From the NCBI GenBank assembly GCA_030141605.1, contig JAQGDQ010000152.1, positions 124,001 to 188,000 of the forward strand: DNA of 64,000 nt, read 5' to 3'. Position 1 is the first letter of the stretch. Every line of letters starts with the position of its first letter. Of the stretch, positions 36,552-51,222 are shown one piece after another. The notes below the pieces were generated by a model. It ran no database searches and was not told the DNA's origin. It was given only the letters and a program-made list of their open reading frames with translations. The DNA comes from Tubiluchus corallicola (taxonomy: Eukaryota > Animalia > Priapulida). Position numbers and translations under genes: made by a program.

Positions 36552-38978
36552 GTATGTATGTGTGTTTGTACTATAAGTGCAATTATGAGCTTAATTTTGT
36601 TGACCAAATGTGTTGTAAACGGTAGTTTATAGTATAAATATGGATACAGTCTATTCTGTTTATAGCCATCTGAAAAAGATCTTAAGGTTTCTAAAATATA
36701 ACTGTTTCTCAAAATACTTGGCTGATGGCGCTATGTGTCAACTTCTTAGTTCTCTGTTGATCGACAGCACAGAAAACGGAGGTTATTAGAAACAAAACTT
36801 CACAAAAAATAAAGACCTTGCAGGCAGTTTAAAGCTAAAACTAAACTTCGCCCTTACTAAAACAAACGGTAAGACCTGGCTCGTTGTTCCAGTTCACAAA
36901 CGATATGAGCAAAAACTGGCACTTGCTTGATCAAGGCCAAGACAATGTGGATCTCGCGTTGTATTCCCTGATCAAGAGCAGTCTTAAGAGACACAACTCG
37001 TGCCTCTGCTTGATCGAATGCACCCAATTGTCAAGCATCAAAAGTTTTAATCATTTGCGCATTCTAGTAAGTGGAATATGAGTTTCAAACAATATCTTGT
37101 CTAAAACGGTACAGTGCTGGTTTCCACGTGTTACACCATTCCTGCCCTTGACTCCTCGAGAGACATTCGCAAGACTTGAATTACCAAATTAATTGGTTAC
37201 ATTATGTTTTCTGTGTCCATGAATCAGTATTGTTGTAGTGAAGTAGACCCAATGCCAGTGGCGTTATTTGCTCTTCCTTCCAATGCTAATTATACTGATC
37301 TGTTGAAGTGCTGCCGTCTATTGAGCACCTCGTTAACTGTACAGTTATACATAAAAATTGTCCTTCACAATTTTCCAATCAAAAGTCATACGTGTGCATC
37401 TATCTTTTGGAAAATGACTCCAGAATGCGAAACATTGTTCAATTCGCTTTCCACACAAGTGTGCACACACGCACGTAGACATGCACGTACGCACACACAC
37501 ACACACACACATCCGTGTTACTTGCTTGTATTTTTAAAATAATTTTTAACAGAGCTACAAATAACTAGGACTTATTAAAAATAGAAAATTTATCTATGTA
37601 CCTTAATAACCCTTTTCTTAATGTACAAAACAGTTCAATTTCTTTAACTTTGTTTTCAAACACTTAGCTATTTGTTACTGTATCAATTTCTTTTCTTCAG
37701 GTCTGCGTAATCATTTGGCTTTTTGTAAATACACAATTAGTGCATAGGTTACTGTATCAATTTCTTTACTTGTCTGCTTATTCATTACCTATTTGGTTTC
37801 TGTTATCTACTTGATTAGTGCATAATAGGCTCTGCCTATATAAACTGGTTGTATTTTTAAAATGTACAAAATTTAGTAACATGCCATGTTTCGGGTGATT
37901 CCCATCTGTTTTTTTCTTACAAATCATTCAACGGTTTTTCTACAAAAGTGACGTATAGTAACACCACAATATTAAAAAAAATCACCCAACTCTACACCCA
38001 CCACACCACTCGACGCCACCCACACCTTGCCACGAAACAACAGCAACAACAAAGACATTGTGCACAACATTAAAACAGCGTGAAATGACAAACACATTCA
38101 CTAATAGTCAGTCAATAATGCATGAACATTTTACATTATCTTTGCTTTCTGCTCCTGAAATTATGGCGATAATGCTTGTAAATTCTGTATACTCCTTGTT
38201 TGCTGCTCCCGAAATAGTGGTAATAAGCTAACTGTAAATAGATATGTGTTTACGGTTGCCAGAGAGTCAAAAGTTTTCATGAAAATTTATTACACATTGT
38301 TTGCCTTGCACTGATTGAATGACAGTGTTTCTTATTCCATGAACCAGCATCACGGCGAAATAATCAGCTTCTTTGGAGTTTGTCATAAGCGCGAAACCCA
38401 AAAATTTTCTTTAGCAGTGATAGTTGATGCCAACCTGCACACTTCAATTCTAGTTTGACGAAATTTAGCCTTGTTTCTAAAGTAGCTGACACCCGACGTT
38501 CCATTTTTCATGCTTAGAAATTGCTAGCCCTACTTATCCGTCTTAACTGACATCTCTACCTAATTGCTCTTTGTTTGTGTGCGTACATGTAATTAATTAC
38601 CTACGCAGCCCAGGCCATGTTTTTTTGAGCCGATTGATGCAGTCTCATTAGGTTCATCATAATCTTCAGTAACTACTAGCTTCCCGGTAACATTCTGTGA
38701 CTTTGGAAGGTCTGATGCGGCGCTCATTAGCGTAAAAGCTGTGCCAAGAATAAGCATAAATGACACAGTACCATTATTGTTATCAAGGAGATTTGTAATG
38801 ATATCGCCATAGAGGTCTTTGTGTCTTTGTGTAACTTGAATAATGTCTTTCCTTTGTGTTTACATTAAGATCCCGCAAAATTTTTGGCAGCTTACCAGCA
38901 TCGCATCTCGTTACCTTTCCTTAAAGCTGCACTCTGAAGCTGATTTAGCTTTGAAAATCCGAGTTATTCAGTTACCTG

Positions 38979-39345
38979 GAATGTTTCCTTTCCATTTGGG
39001 AGGTGTTGTTCCACTCCCTTCCAGTCCAGGACATTCTTAAAATGTTTGCTTTGCATTTGGGAGGTTGTGTTCAACTCCCTTCCAGTCCAGGACATACTTG
39101 AAATGTTTGCTTTCCATTTTGGGAGGTGTGTTTCAACGCCCTTCCAGTCCAGGACATACTTAAAATGTTTGCTTTCCATTTGGGAGGTTGTGTTCAACTC
39201 CCTTCCAGTCCAGGACATACTTAAAATGTTTCCTTTCCATTTGGGCAGTTGTGATTTGACCTCCTTTCCATCCAGCGCTTACTGGGAATGTTTGCTTCCA
39301 GTTTGGGAGATTGTGATTCCTTTTAATTCAGGGCATATTTGGAAT
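38979..39345. repeat. 61-bp minisatellite, about 6 units, degenerating 3'
   Basis: aatgtttgctttccatttgggaggttgtgttcaactcccttccagtccaggacatactta unit. Confidence 0.9.
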
Positions 39346-41102
39346 TTATTGCCGACCGGTTTCGAATAAACCTAGAAATTATGCATTCGAACGCAAGAAA
39401 ATATAGCTAAAAATCAATAATAATTTAATCATTCATGCTGTCATTGCAAACACCTTTAATGGACATTGTTCTGATGTCGGTCGTAATATACTAGTGAAAT
39501 AGAAAGAGTTAATATTAACCCTTATCCCTACCTGACAGGCAGTTTTAAATTATTCTTATAACAACAGTTCAGTCAAGTATAACTATAATAATTATGTAAG
39601 TCATTTTGATTTTATTTGAAGAATTACATCGGTTTCGTAAACAGTCCGGATATTTAACTCTTGGTAAAATTCCGTACCGTACACACCATACTCGCTTAAG
39701 ATTAGGGTTTTATCAGCTTAATCATCATTTAAACACGCATGGTTGTAAAGATTCTAGTGGTAATATTGGGGGGTTGGGGTGGTTTGTGTAGCACCAGATC
39801 AAGATCAAGACACGTCACACACTCAGTTCCTAATCTTTGTGGCCCCTATAAGCTATGGCTTCCTTGGTCTCCCTAAAACATACAAAATTTAATGTCGTTG
39901 TTTAAGTTAATAAGTTGATGAACGCACACATTGGTAATAGCTATTTTATGTACTATCGTCTGCTAAATCTATTGTAAAACTGTAGTTTATTGTTAACTCA
40001 CATAAATTGAAATTGAAATTAAAATTGAAATCTGAAACAGTCAAGTGTGGAAACAAAATTTATGTAACCTATTTTCACGTGACCCATAGAATACATTGTT
40101 CTTACTATAAACTATAGATTACAATGCACACTATTGTGTCGAAAGAGGAGAAGAAATTTAGACAATCTCTGTTTAATTGTCTGACATTGTATAGTACAGA
40201 TGATCATGTTCGAGACGAAGATGATGATGAAGAAAAATGGTTATGATGATGACTGTGGCGCTGATAGTCACGGCAATAATAATCATAGCTGTAATGACAT
40301 GTGAATAATTTATCAAAACGAGTTACAAAATGTGGTGTGTGGGTGTGTTTTTGATCTTTTCTTTTTAAAACTTTGCATGCCTTGCAAAATTTCCGTTATG
40401 AAGTTTTTAATTAATCATTAGCAGTAGACAATAATTAATAATTAATGTGGGTGTTAATGTACATACAAGCATAACAACAGAGTGCATCACGTACATTAGC
40501 GTGTAGTTGTCAGCTCTGCTGAGCTGGATAAAGTACCTTGTAGGAGGCAATATTATTAGATTCTTTTGGAAAAAAATGCCTTTCAGAAACTTGTTTGCGC
40601 AGCAAGTTTCAACCTTTAGTGTCGTCTTACAAGAAGCAAACCATTAACCTGGTAGGTGGGCATTATTGATTGATTTTACCCTTGAGGCCCCGTAAATCGC
40701 GAAACTTTTATAGTTCTGGCTATTTTTTGAAAGTAATCAAAAGGATGTAGCTTAAAACAATGAATGGAATATGAGTTTCATAGAGAAATTTTCTAAATGG
40801 TGCAGTTCAATTATACATATTATTATCATTATGTATTCCAACCGTCAATTTTAACTTTTTTTTGCTGAATTCATTTCATTTACATTGTTTGCTGCATTAT
40901 TATTTACTATCATTATATTTGCATGAAGACTAGTGAAATTTATGCATAGTTTAAATCACTTTCACACACACGCACATATATATATGTATATATATATTTC
41001 ACATATACATATATACCGTAATTTACGCCTACTATTATTCACAAAATTTTGATTTTTGCTTGTTCTCTTTCGCTTATTATCATTAATTGAATAATTGTGT
41101 CA

Positions 41103-41201
41103 CTGTTGTTGTTGTTGTTGCTGCTGTTGTTGTTGCTGTTGTTGTTGTTGTTGTTGTTGCTGTTGTGGTCATCGTCGTCGTTGTCATTATTATTATTATT
41201 A
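41103..41201. repeat. (TGT/TGC)n microsatellite followed by (CGT)n and (TAT)n
   Basis: Directly visible; gives a spurious poly-Cys ORF. Confidence 0.9.
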
Positions 41202-41656
41202 TGGATTAAATTATAAATACGTGCTTGATTATTTTTTTAAAACGAAAAGGAGACTTCGCGCACGATTTAGTTATGCCACTATAAATATAATCCTAATTAC
41301 GTTTCATTTGGTATTGAATACTGCTTTGGTATATAGATTGATTATTGATATTATTATTTTGTTGCGTTCTTTTGCTTTAATTAACTTATACTTTTTATTT
41401 ATTACAACCGTTTTGCTCTTTTGCTGTATTTCATATTAATACATAATTAGTTAAATTAAAGTGGTGTCTAGACTAGCGCAGCAAATGACTTGTTTGCAAC
41501 ACCTTGGCTCTATAATTCTTTAATAAATTATACTATGCATATGTTTATGTTTATGTTTACTAATATGAAAGTATTAGTAAAAGAGGTTTAAATTGAAATT
41601 AAATGCAGAAAATGTTCTATATGCTTTAAATGGGTTTATTTACTTGACTTTTTTAG

Positions 41657-41832
41657 AGCGAGGATTTCTGCCAGTCCATCCGCCAAACTCGGAGAATAAC
41701 GCGGAGTCTCGCGGAAACAATTCCGGACATCACGGAGGGAGTGGCGGCGGCCATCACGGTAGTGGAGGCGGTGGAGCAGGGTCGCACTCGCCGCCGCCCG
41801 CCCGTTCACCTCCCGTTAGCAATTCAGCGTAG
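41657..41832 (+). CDS. NFI: NFI last coding exon (ERGFLPVHPP...GHHGGSGGGHHGSGGGG...SPPVSNSA*)
   Basis: ttttag acceptor in phase 1; GC-rich open frame ending at TAG; gtaagt 4 nt after the stop. Confidence 0.75.
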
Positions 41833-42949
41833 TCCAGTAAGTTTCTGTCTGGTGGTTGTGTAGCAGTTTACTGGATTTGTGTGACTTTAAAAGCACCAGA
41901 GCCGCGGGTTCAATCCTGCAGCCGATCAATTTTTTTACCTAAAGAAAAACTGCATTGCCTCAAGAGGAAATGGTTTAATTCTTGTAGACTGATTCCGATT
42001 CGGAAGATTTTTTGTATTGAAATAAGCAGCTAATACTGACTGCTCTTAAAAGCGTAAAAGATAACTTCTCACATTACAGTGAATAGCTATAATATTGCAA
42101 ACATGTTTATTTTCAATCTCGCAACTTATGTAAACAAGCACTTATGTAAATAGTAAAGTTATTTGTATAACAGTACGCAAAATACTAGCAAAATTTTCAC
42201 TTTAAACAAAAAAAGAAAAAGGAGCATAGATGTGTTATTATTATTATTATTATAAATATATTGCTTATAATATATTTAAGTAATAAGTTTGTAATTAAAT
42301 GTTTAAATGTTTGTATGTGTTTGTAACTATATCATAAACATGTATAATATGTTTCATTCAATCTCTGTAGCCATTATTTTTATTTATGATAAATAACTAT
42401 ATGTAGATTTTACATAGTAATTAATATACACAGTCTTCTAATTTCACTGAGCTAATAAAGTGGGCGATAACCATTCGTAAAATTGGCAAAAATTAAAAAA
42501 AATGCAAAATTTATATTCTGAAAATAGTTCAGAATACAAACCTTCTGCTTTGCCTTTTAGGGCATATCATTTGCGGCTCAGAACACACACACGCTGATTG
42601 CTGAAATACGATTCCTGTTGATTAGCCTTTGTATGACTTGTTCAGCAAGGTCAGTCCAAGGAGACCTGGTGGCTATTAATGGCGGCTCGTTTATCTGTTT
42701 GTGTTTGCAGCACATTTCGTAGAAGTGTTTACGGAAGCAAAAAGCTGGGCTTTCGCGTCTAATCTCTGATTTCATTTTATCGCTGTCACGTTTGTGTCGC
42801 ACCGAATGTCGCATAAACAGCTTGCGAATGTTTAGTGCAGAGACAGTTTAGTATATGAAGTTGAGGTTGCGTAACTTACTCATTGTGCTACGGTGACTGT
42901 TTCTTCACAGTGATAACCGGGATGACTGAGAGGGTGCAGTTAGTCCCTA

Positions 42950-43330
42950 TAGGAGAGGAAAACTCTGGGGGGTGGTGGGACTGGGCGTAGGAGAGGAAAA
43001 CTCTGGAAGATGGGGTGGGGGTACTGGGCGTGCTTATATTTCCATGGCTCTTGGCATTTTTTGAGGATTAAAACTGCAGCAGAGGAAAACTCTGGGGGGA
43101 CTGGGCGTAGGAGAGGAAAACTCTGGGGGGTGGCGTGGGGGGGACTGGGCGTGCTTATATTTCCATTGCTCTTGGCATTTTTTGAGGATTAAAACTGCAG
43201 CAGAGGAAAACTCTGGGGGGTGGGGGGACTGGGCGTAGGAGAGGAAAACTGTTGGGGGTGGCGTGGGAGGGGACTGGGCGTGCTTATATTTCCATTGCTC
43301 TTGGCATTTTTTGAGGATTAAAACTGTAGC
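42950..43330. repeat. G-rich composite tandem repeat
   Basis: agaggaaaactctggggg...gactgggcgt modules alternating with gcttatatttccat.gctcttggcattttttgaggattaaaactg (three copies). Confidence 0.85.
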
Positions 43331-43415
43331 GGTTTCTGTGTAGCAGTATTTTACCATACTGAAGCTAATTAAGTATTCCTTGCGATAAGTGTAGTAACTC
43401 ACAAGCATTTTGTTG

Positions 43416-43665
43416 ACGTGGTTGGACACATGTTGATGTGGTCATGTTCACGGTCTCACTGGTCAGACACGTGTCGACGTGGTCATGTTCACGGTCTCAC
43501 TGGCCGGACACGTGTCGACGTGGTCATGTTCACGGTCTCACTGGCCGGACACGTGTCGACGTGGTCATGTTCACGGTCTCACTGGCCGGACACGTGTCGA
43601 CGTGGTCACGTTCACGGTCTCACTGGTCGGACACGTGTCGACGTGGTCATGTTCACGGTCTCACT
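43416..43665. repeat. 41-bp CpG-rich minisatellite, about 6 units
   Basis: gacacgtgtcgacgtggtcatgttcacggtctcactggccg unit. Confidence 0.92.
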
Positions 43666-45260
43666 TTTCATTAGTTCACCTTCTTTGCCCTTTGATCTCA
43701 CATTGTGTGTAAATATCATAGTAAGAAAACTAAAGATTAAATGCTATTTTTATATTTTCAGGTTCTTTTTACTTGCCAAGAAAGAGTTTATTTGAGAGCT
43801 AGGATTGATATTCATCCTTGGGAAGTTCATATGTAGCTGTTAGCTAATTGTAACGTGATGACAAGACGTGTTAAGAACATTCTGATGTGGAATTAACAAC
43901 ACCGTCGGCAGAAGATGCAATTTGCTCTTGGCAGTTTTATTATGCGAAATAAATATTTCTTTACTGTTAATTTTGTTGAGTTGAATATAGATGGCATGAC
44001 GCACAATGCGATGTTCACCACCATGCTTGTAAGATTGCCAATTTCCTACCCGCGTTTTTTTAGTAATTGCTAAACGTGGTTAATGCTACAATCAGACATT
44101 GGGCAGCCTTTGATTCGATGTTTGGTGTAGTGTAATTTTGCTCTACTTTACATATGATATGCTTTTTCTTTAGTTTGGCATAGCTTATCCATAGTTTGTC
44201 CTTATTTTACTTTGCACTGATAATCAGGACTCAGATAATCTGTTCACTTTTGTATGCCACTTATGTTAATTTGTCACAAGACCTGAACTGAATATGCAGT
44301 AGTTTAGTCACAAATTATGTAGGCAAATGTAACTTGCAGTTTTAACAGATGTAGTAGAAAAAATCGAAGTGGGCTTTAAATTCTATTTTCAAGATGGAAT
44401 AATAAAATTATTTGAGTTGAGCTTTAAACACGTGTAAATTTACAAAATGGAGTCGAGTGAATTTGGTGTTGGTGATAACACAATTGTTCATTCTTAATTT
44501 CTCGTCAAGGAAAATTGATAACAACGTTTTAATTTAAATTTTTTACCTGAACTAAGTTTCATTAAAGGACAACAGTACCCACTTTTCGACCATAGCTCAA
44601 AATGACTTATGGTCTGAAATGTAAGGACAAATATTCCTTAGCAATAGTGACTATCTTTAAAGAGTTGTTACTTTGGAAGCATAATTTGTTAATTTTTCAT
44701 GATTTCACTTGCTTAGTCGTACTCTCAGCTGTACATTTAGATACCTGAATCCTAGATGGCTTTAGGCCTACTTACATGGACGACAGAATTTGCTTCTGGA
44801 AGCTCAGAAGACATGCAAAGCACATCCTACTTATAATGTCAAGGCAGCTTCGTGAATTTACTCTTTAGTGGAACAATAGAATTGATCATTTCTGTGCTTC
44901 GGCGTCAGTGCCACACAGTCGTATTTCAATTTCTTGCTTTCACAAATGCGTACAAAACGCTTTCTGACGACCCCCTGCCATTGTAGCATTTTGTCCAGTA
45001 TCGACATTATCATAACTGCACTTGCTGATTGTTAATTAAGTTTCTACGCTAATAATTATCAGAAACATATCTTTTGATGACTGGTATAGGTAGTGAAAGA
45101 TGCATGTTGTACAATAAGTCAAAGGGGGGGGGTTATGATCTGAAAGATCATCCTGTTTCCCTTTTACGTCAAAGTTGCTTTGTCTTGACAATTTTTCAAT
45201 ATAATTTGTTAGGTTATTTTCATTCCTTTTGGTTGATTAACAATGTTACAGCAATACTAA

Positions 45261-45713
45261 GGGTACGACGCCATGTGTACATAATGTGTGATGCGTAATC
45301 CGTAATGCGTATGCAAAAGTTTGTATTTAAAAAAGTGTTTCTATGTGTACGTAATCCGTAATGCATGTTCCGTTTTCATTCGAACATGATCGCTATCATC
45401 CGAGAACGCATCACGCTGACGGGAAACCACCATTGCCCAGGTGATTATAGTGTTTCCCGTGAACAATCTTGCTGTCTAGCTTTCCGAAAATTTTAGTTAG
45501 GTGAGTTTTGGACCTAAAAACAATAATTTTTGAGAGTTGAAAGAAGCATGTAGTTATGTGTTGTGCATCTAACTGCAGTTCTTTCACAAAGTAGTGATAC
45601 CTGCCATATTGTTTTCTCCCCTGCAAAATGTTGCTCACTCTGTCCTTTCGTTTTTGTCTATTAGTCACAGTCACAGTACGCATCACGCATTACATGCACA
45701 GGGAGTCGTAGCT
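45261..45713 (-). mobile_element. PIF/Harbinger non-autonomous deletion derivative
   Basis: TAA TSD at 45258-45260 and 45714-45716; about 37-bp imperfect TIRs (GGGTACGACGCCATGTG / reverse complement AGCTACGACTCCCTGTG); internal minus ORF RKDRVSNILQGRKQYGRYHYFVKELQLD resembles Harbinger transposase N-termini. Confidence 0.7.
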
Positions 45714-48377
45714 TAATGCACTTTTTAATTTTGCTTGTTTTTTGATCTTTGATCAGTTGCTTTGAATAATTCTTTACTTAATTAGTTATTCTAACCAGAA
45801 CAGGTTTGTTTACTATTAATTTCGTTGTTTCATTTGCGTTTCTACGCATGGGAATTCCCTGTAACATTGTGGCAGTTGTGTAAAACTTATGCTTTGCTCA
45901 CAATTTGCAGATGTAACTAACAAAATTAATGTAACATTGAGGTTATAATTAAGACTGTAATGTATTCTAAACCTGTTATACGTAGATATGTTTTAAGATG
46001 TCGAAAAGCCCTTTAGATTTTTTATACAGCGTTTTTTGGCAAGTACGCGGAAACCTGTATTTGTCTGATAGAATTTTTATTTTGGTTCATCCTGTATATA
46101 GATGATTAGTGAATCCCCATCCCTACGTCTGTGATTTATGTAAAATTGTAAACAAAATTTATCATTTGTGTCACTGGTATGTTAACAGTTGATAAATTGC
46201 ATTATATTTGCATACTTTGTTTTATACATGTATAGTATTGTAATTTTTGTGTATAGAATTGTCCTTATTGAATTTGTTTTAAGGCTGGAAAATTAAGAAA
46301 AACTGGTCACGTATAGTGCGGATATAGCTGTGTTGATGTGTCAGCTAAGGCATTGTTCACACCTACATATGTCATGATGCATGAACATAATTTTTATGTT
46401 GCTTTGCTGTTTTGGAGCTGAAGAAAGTTTTGTTTTTATTTTTAGAGTGAAAGTACAGTGAAGATAATTTAGCTAAAATGTTTGCTTTAAAATAAATAAT
46501 GCAATAATTATACTTTAACAGTAGGAAAACATATGTTTCAATTTTGAGGCCTTTGTAAAATAATAATGTTTTTACTAGTTGCTGTGTTAAAGTTTTTTGT
46601 ATCTAAGCAGTCTCACACCCATTTTTAAACTAAAGAAATTTCAAGGTTTAATCATGTTATGTATTCACAGTACTAAATGTTTTTTATTTCGTCTCTGTTA
46701 TAAAATCTGAAATGACATTTGTCATTTTACTCATCGTAGATTTTACGTTTGCATGCCAAAATCTGTGATTAGTGGTAAATATGTGCTCACTGCAGACAAC
46801 GGATGATTTTGCTCACAACAAGAGTAACCTCAACAACAACTTTCGTGATTCAGAAAACATCCAAAATTCGTGTTGGATGCAGAAAACTGCTTACTATAAG
46901 TATGTTAGGAAAATTCAGTGTTTTTGTTAAATTTTACTAATTACGTAAGTGTAATTAATGCATTTTCTAATGTATCCTAGCTTGAAAAAGACTAGTTATG
47001 TTATTCATACTACAGCATAAAAAAGTGTGTTTACAACATGTGGTGCCATCCACAGAGATTTTAGCTAATAACACCTAGCATCTTATTCTGCTTGAGCGTT
47101 ATTATGTATACTTATTGTAGTGAACTGTGTCCCATAATGGCAAGACTTAGTTTTGTTTATGTCAAGGTGCAAATTGCTAAATCTAATAGCAGATTATTGA
47201 TTTTTTTGCATCTTGGGGTGTTTGGGGTTTTGTTAACTGGTTCTTGATAAAACAGTTGGTTATGACTTAGTCGCTGTCCTCTTCATTTTATGTAATTATT
47301 TTTTACATTGCTTTTATGAGCAAGCCTTTTCACTGTTTCTTTGTGCTGTAAGTCAAAGGTTAAGTGAACTCCAGCAACACGTCTTAACTACATCCGTCAT
47401 GTGGGCAAAGTAAAACCGCCTGCCACATCAGTTCATTAACTTCAGTTGATTTACTTAACATATTTTACTTAATTATGCATTAGTCTGCGCGTAGAGTGAT
47501 TTACTAGCACGATCTTGCTTGGGAACAGGAAAAAATGAACTAGGTAAGGTCGTAGTTAGCTGTTAAAACTGTTACTATTGCATTAGCTTGGGCTGCAAGG
47601 CGTTGTCTGGTTCATTTAACCTTTGACCTTTTCACGATCATTATGAATGCTGGAACTGTGAAAAGGCTTATTGTTGACTTTTGCATTTGCGTTGAGTACG
47701 TGTTAATCACTGAAGCATCGGTAATGCTTATTATTTGTGAGTAGACTTAATATATTGTACATGTATAAACTACATTCTTCTATACATTTGATTTTGATTG
47801 AGTGAAATTCATCAATTTATGTGACTGTCAGTTTAACCTGATGTTTGTAGAAGAGTAGTAAGCTTAGCTAAACGCTCAGTGATTTTAAAACGATGCGTTG
47901 CGAAGAATTATTGATTTTTTTTTTAAAAGCTGTTGTTATCATATTTGTACATAACGCTGGTTATTACTTATAATTTTAAAAGCGTCTGTAGTCTTATTAT
48001 TGCCAGTAATGAATTATTATTAAAAATAAATTTCCAGGGTTGTTGTTATTAAAATACGCCTATGGAATTTTGTTTTGTCTCTTGTGACGGTTGTCGTTAG
48101 TTGACCACACGTCAAGTTTTCTCTTTTTGCATTTGAATTTGTTATGTCTACGTTTGCTTGATTTGTTACTGCTTTAATTATAAGCCATTAATGGTTTTAC
48201 ATGCAATTAATAAAGATTTAGAATGCGGTAAACGTATTTAACCATTGCTTCGCGCATTGCAAAGCTTTTTTCTGAATTATCTTTTTAAGGTTGGTTTGGG
48301 CGTATATGTTTGTTTATGTACAGTTTTTAGGACTGTTTGAAGCTTCGTTCAGCTTGACTTTGCAGATAAACGAAGTA

Positions 48378-48950
48378 TGTGTTTCTTGAAGAGAACGCTA
48401 GAGTTAGGGGAGAGGGCAAAATAGAGAAAGAGAACGACAGAGGGAGGGAGAGAGTGGGTGTTTCTTAAAGAGAGCGCTAGAGTTATAAGAGAGAGGGCAA
48501 AAGAGAGAGAGAACGACAGAGGGAGGGAGAGAGTGGGTGTTTCTTAAAGAGAGCGCTAAAGTTATAAGGGAGAGGGAAAGAGAGAGAGAGAACGACAGAG
48601 GGAAGGAGGGAGAGAGTGGGTGTTTCTTAAAGAGAGCGCTAAAGTTATAAGGGAGAGGGAAAGAGAGAGAGAGAGAACGACAGAGGGAAGGAGGGAGAGA
48701 GTGGGTGTTTCTTAAAGAGAGCGCTAGAGTCATAAGGGAGAGGGAAAGAGAGAGAGAGAGAACGACAGAGGGAAGGAGGGAGAGAGTGGGCGTTTCTTAA
48801 AGAAAGCGCTGGAGTTATAAGGGAGAGAGAGAGAGGGCAAGAGAGAGAGAACCACGGGGAGGAGGAGAGTGGGTGTTTCTTAAAGAAAGCGCTGGAGTTA
48901 TAAGAGAGAGGGGAAAGAGAGAGAACGACAGAGGAAGGGAGAGAGGAAAG
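48378..48950. repeat. GA-rich minisatellite, about 70-76 bp x8
   Basis: gagagtgggtgtttcttaaagagagcgctagagttataagggagaggg...gaacgacagaggga unit. Confidence 0.9.
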
Positions 48951-49659
48951 AGGCAGAGGAGGATCGCGAGAATGTTAAGGAGCAAGACAGATGTTAAGAG
49001 GGGGGGGTGAGTCAATTTGATTTGTTAACATTCATAATTAGTAGGCGAAAATATATTGCCCGTGGGAACCAGAAAACTGAAGAATGGTTTGGAATTGTGA
49101 GAGTTGTTTTACAATAATCTGCCGTTCGCCATTTATAATCTTAAAATGACCTCTGAATATTATAGTTTAGTAATAGCTCGTTTCGTCGCAAGCTTTGAAA
49201 TCATTATTTTGCAATGCACGCATTTCGAGATTGTTATAAATTAAAGACCAGATTTTAACGCCGCTTTCCACCCTAAATGCCCGTGAGATATGTAAACGCC
49301 GTTCAACTTGCTCCATTGAGAGTTTCCACATGATTTTTTAAAGGCGTGTTATTTTGCAGATTCCCCAGTAGGGGTCGCATTTTAAATGTGAACATGGTCG
49401 TACAAAACAACGATCACAACGACGACTGAAAGTTGCTGTGGTACTGCGGTGGCGACGACAACAACATGAAGAAAATGACAATACAATAACACCGTCAACA
49501 GCAGCAGCAGCAACAACAACAACGTACAGCAGTTGCGAAAAGCAACAAAGTTGCGTTAATGCTCAAATATTTTACATTTTGCTTCAGTCGATTTGCTAAA
49601 GCTATTTTCCACATCGTTGTTTCCTCTTCTATCATGTTGTCTTTTATCCTTAATTTCTT

Positions 49660-50174
<515 letters not shown>

Positions 50175-50939
50175 GTTCTAACAGCATTACATCACGCATA
50201 TAATAATATGACTCACTCTTACTCACTCTGCCTTTGACTCACAACCAACGCAAAAATACCTCCACGCTCAACTAACCGAACAGTCCTTTTGTTTCACTTA
50301 GCTAAACGTTGAGTTAGCATTAATAAAATTTAGAGCACAGTAGAGCATTTCTCATAATTTGCTAAACACATCACAAACATAGGAGTAAGTTTTTAGACAA
50401 GGATGCAGTACTATAGTAGCCAGTTTCAACCTCAGCACAGTCACCAACTAGAAATTTACCCTATGTGATAAAATTCAATAATCTAGCCTTTTTTTTATTT
50501 ACATCGTTTTTTAGATAGTTGTCTTGCTTCTTGCTTTTTTCTAATTTTTTCTTTATAATGTTTATTTTTTAAATTTGTTTTTTACCTGTTGACCGTTTTC
50601 CGTCGTCGTTTTTATTTGTTTTCTTTTTTATTGTTTTTGTCTTTGATTTTGCTTGTTTATTTTATTAGGATTGTCCTTCTACCCACTGATTTTCAACGCC
50701 ATCTTTCTTGCCTACTACTGTTGTATTTCGTATCATTTTTACCTAATGCTTTTGTCACTTGATTTTAGACTTTCGATTACAGTTACATTAATTCTGTTTT
50801 TCACTTTTTTGTGAAGATTTTTATCTTAGCATTCATTACTTTTAATTTTTCTTGCTTTTGGTGTTTCTACAATAATTAATATTCCTCCATTCTTTTCACT
50901 ATGTCTTTCATTTTCTCTTACATGCTCTTACACAAACTG

Positions 50940-51222
50940 TCAACATCATCGTCGTCGTCATCATCACCATCATCATCGCCGTTGTGAGCATGACCTTTAT
51001 CGTCGTCATCATCTTCATGATAGTCATCATCATCATCAACAACAATAGCATAATCGTCATCATCATTGTCGTCGTCATCATCATCATCACCGCCGACAAC
51101 ATCATCATCATCACCGCCGACATCATCATCATCTTCACTGTTGTGAGCATCAACTTTATCGTCGTCATCATCTTCATGATAGTCATCATCAATAACAGCA
51201 CAATCGTCATCACCATTGTCAT
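50940..51222. repeat. (CAT/CGT)n-rich low-complexity tract with internal duplication
   Basis: ctttatcgtcgtcatcatcttcatgatagtcatcatc occurs twice. Confidence 0.85.

Larger units (their letters stand above)
13805..41832 (+). other. NFI: Nuclear Factor I (CTF/NFI) gene, about 15 coding exons, predicted about 800 aa
   Basis: Exons 13805-13813, 14634-14789, 21303-21408, 21715-21839, 22707-22851, 25033-25095, 26676-26771, 27875-28000, 28957-29166, 29892-30092, 31418-31638, 34078-34504, 35553-35665, 36323-36551 and 41657-41832 sum to 2403 nt with matching phases. The DNA-binding domain is unmistakable. Confidence 0.9.

Noticed and set aside
41095-41439. Poly-Cys ORF as a metallothionein-like protein
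   Set aside because: A (TGT/TGC)n microsatellite inside an NFI intron, with no splice or promoter support.
44562-44700. Another TTAAAGGAC-starting MITE
   Set aside because: No matching right terminus or second copy was found in the window.
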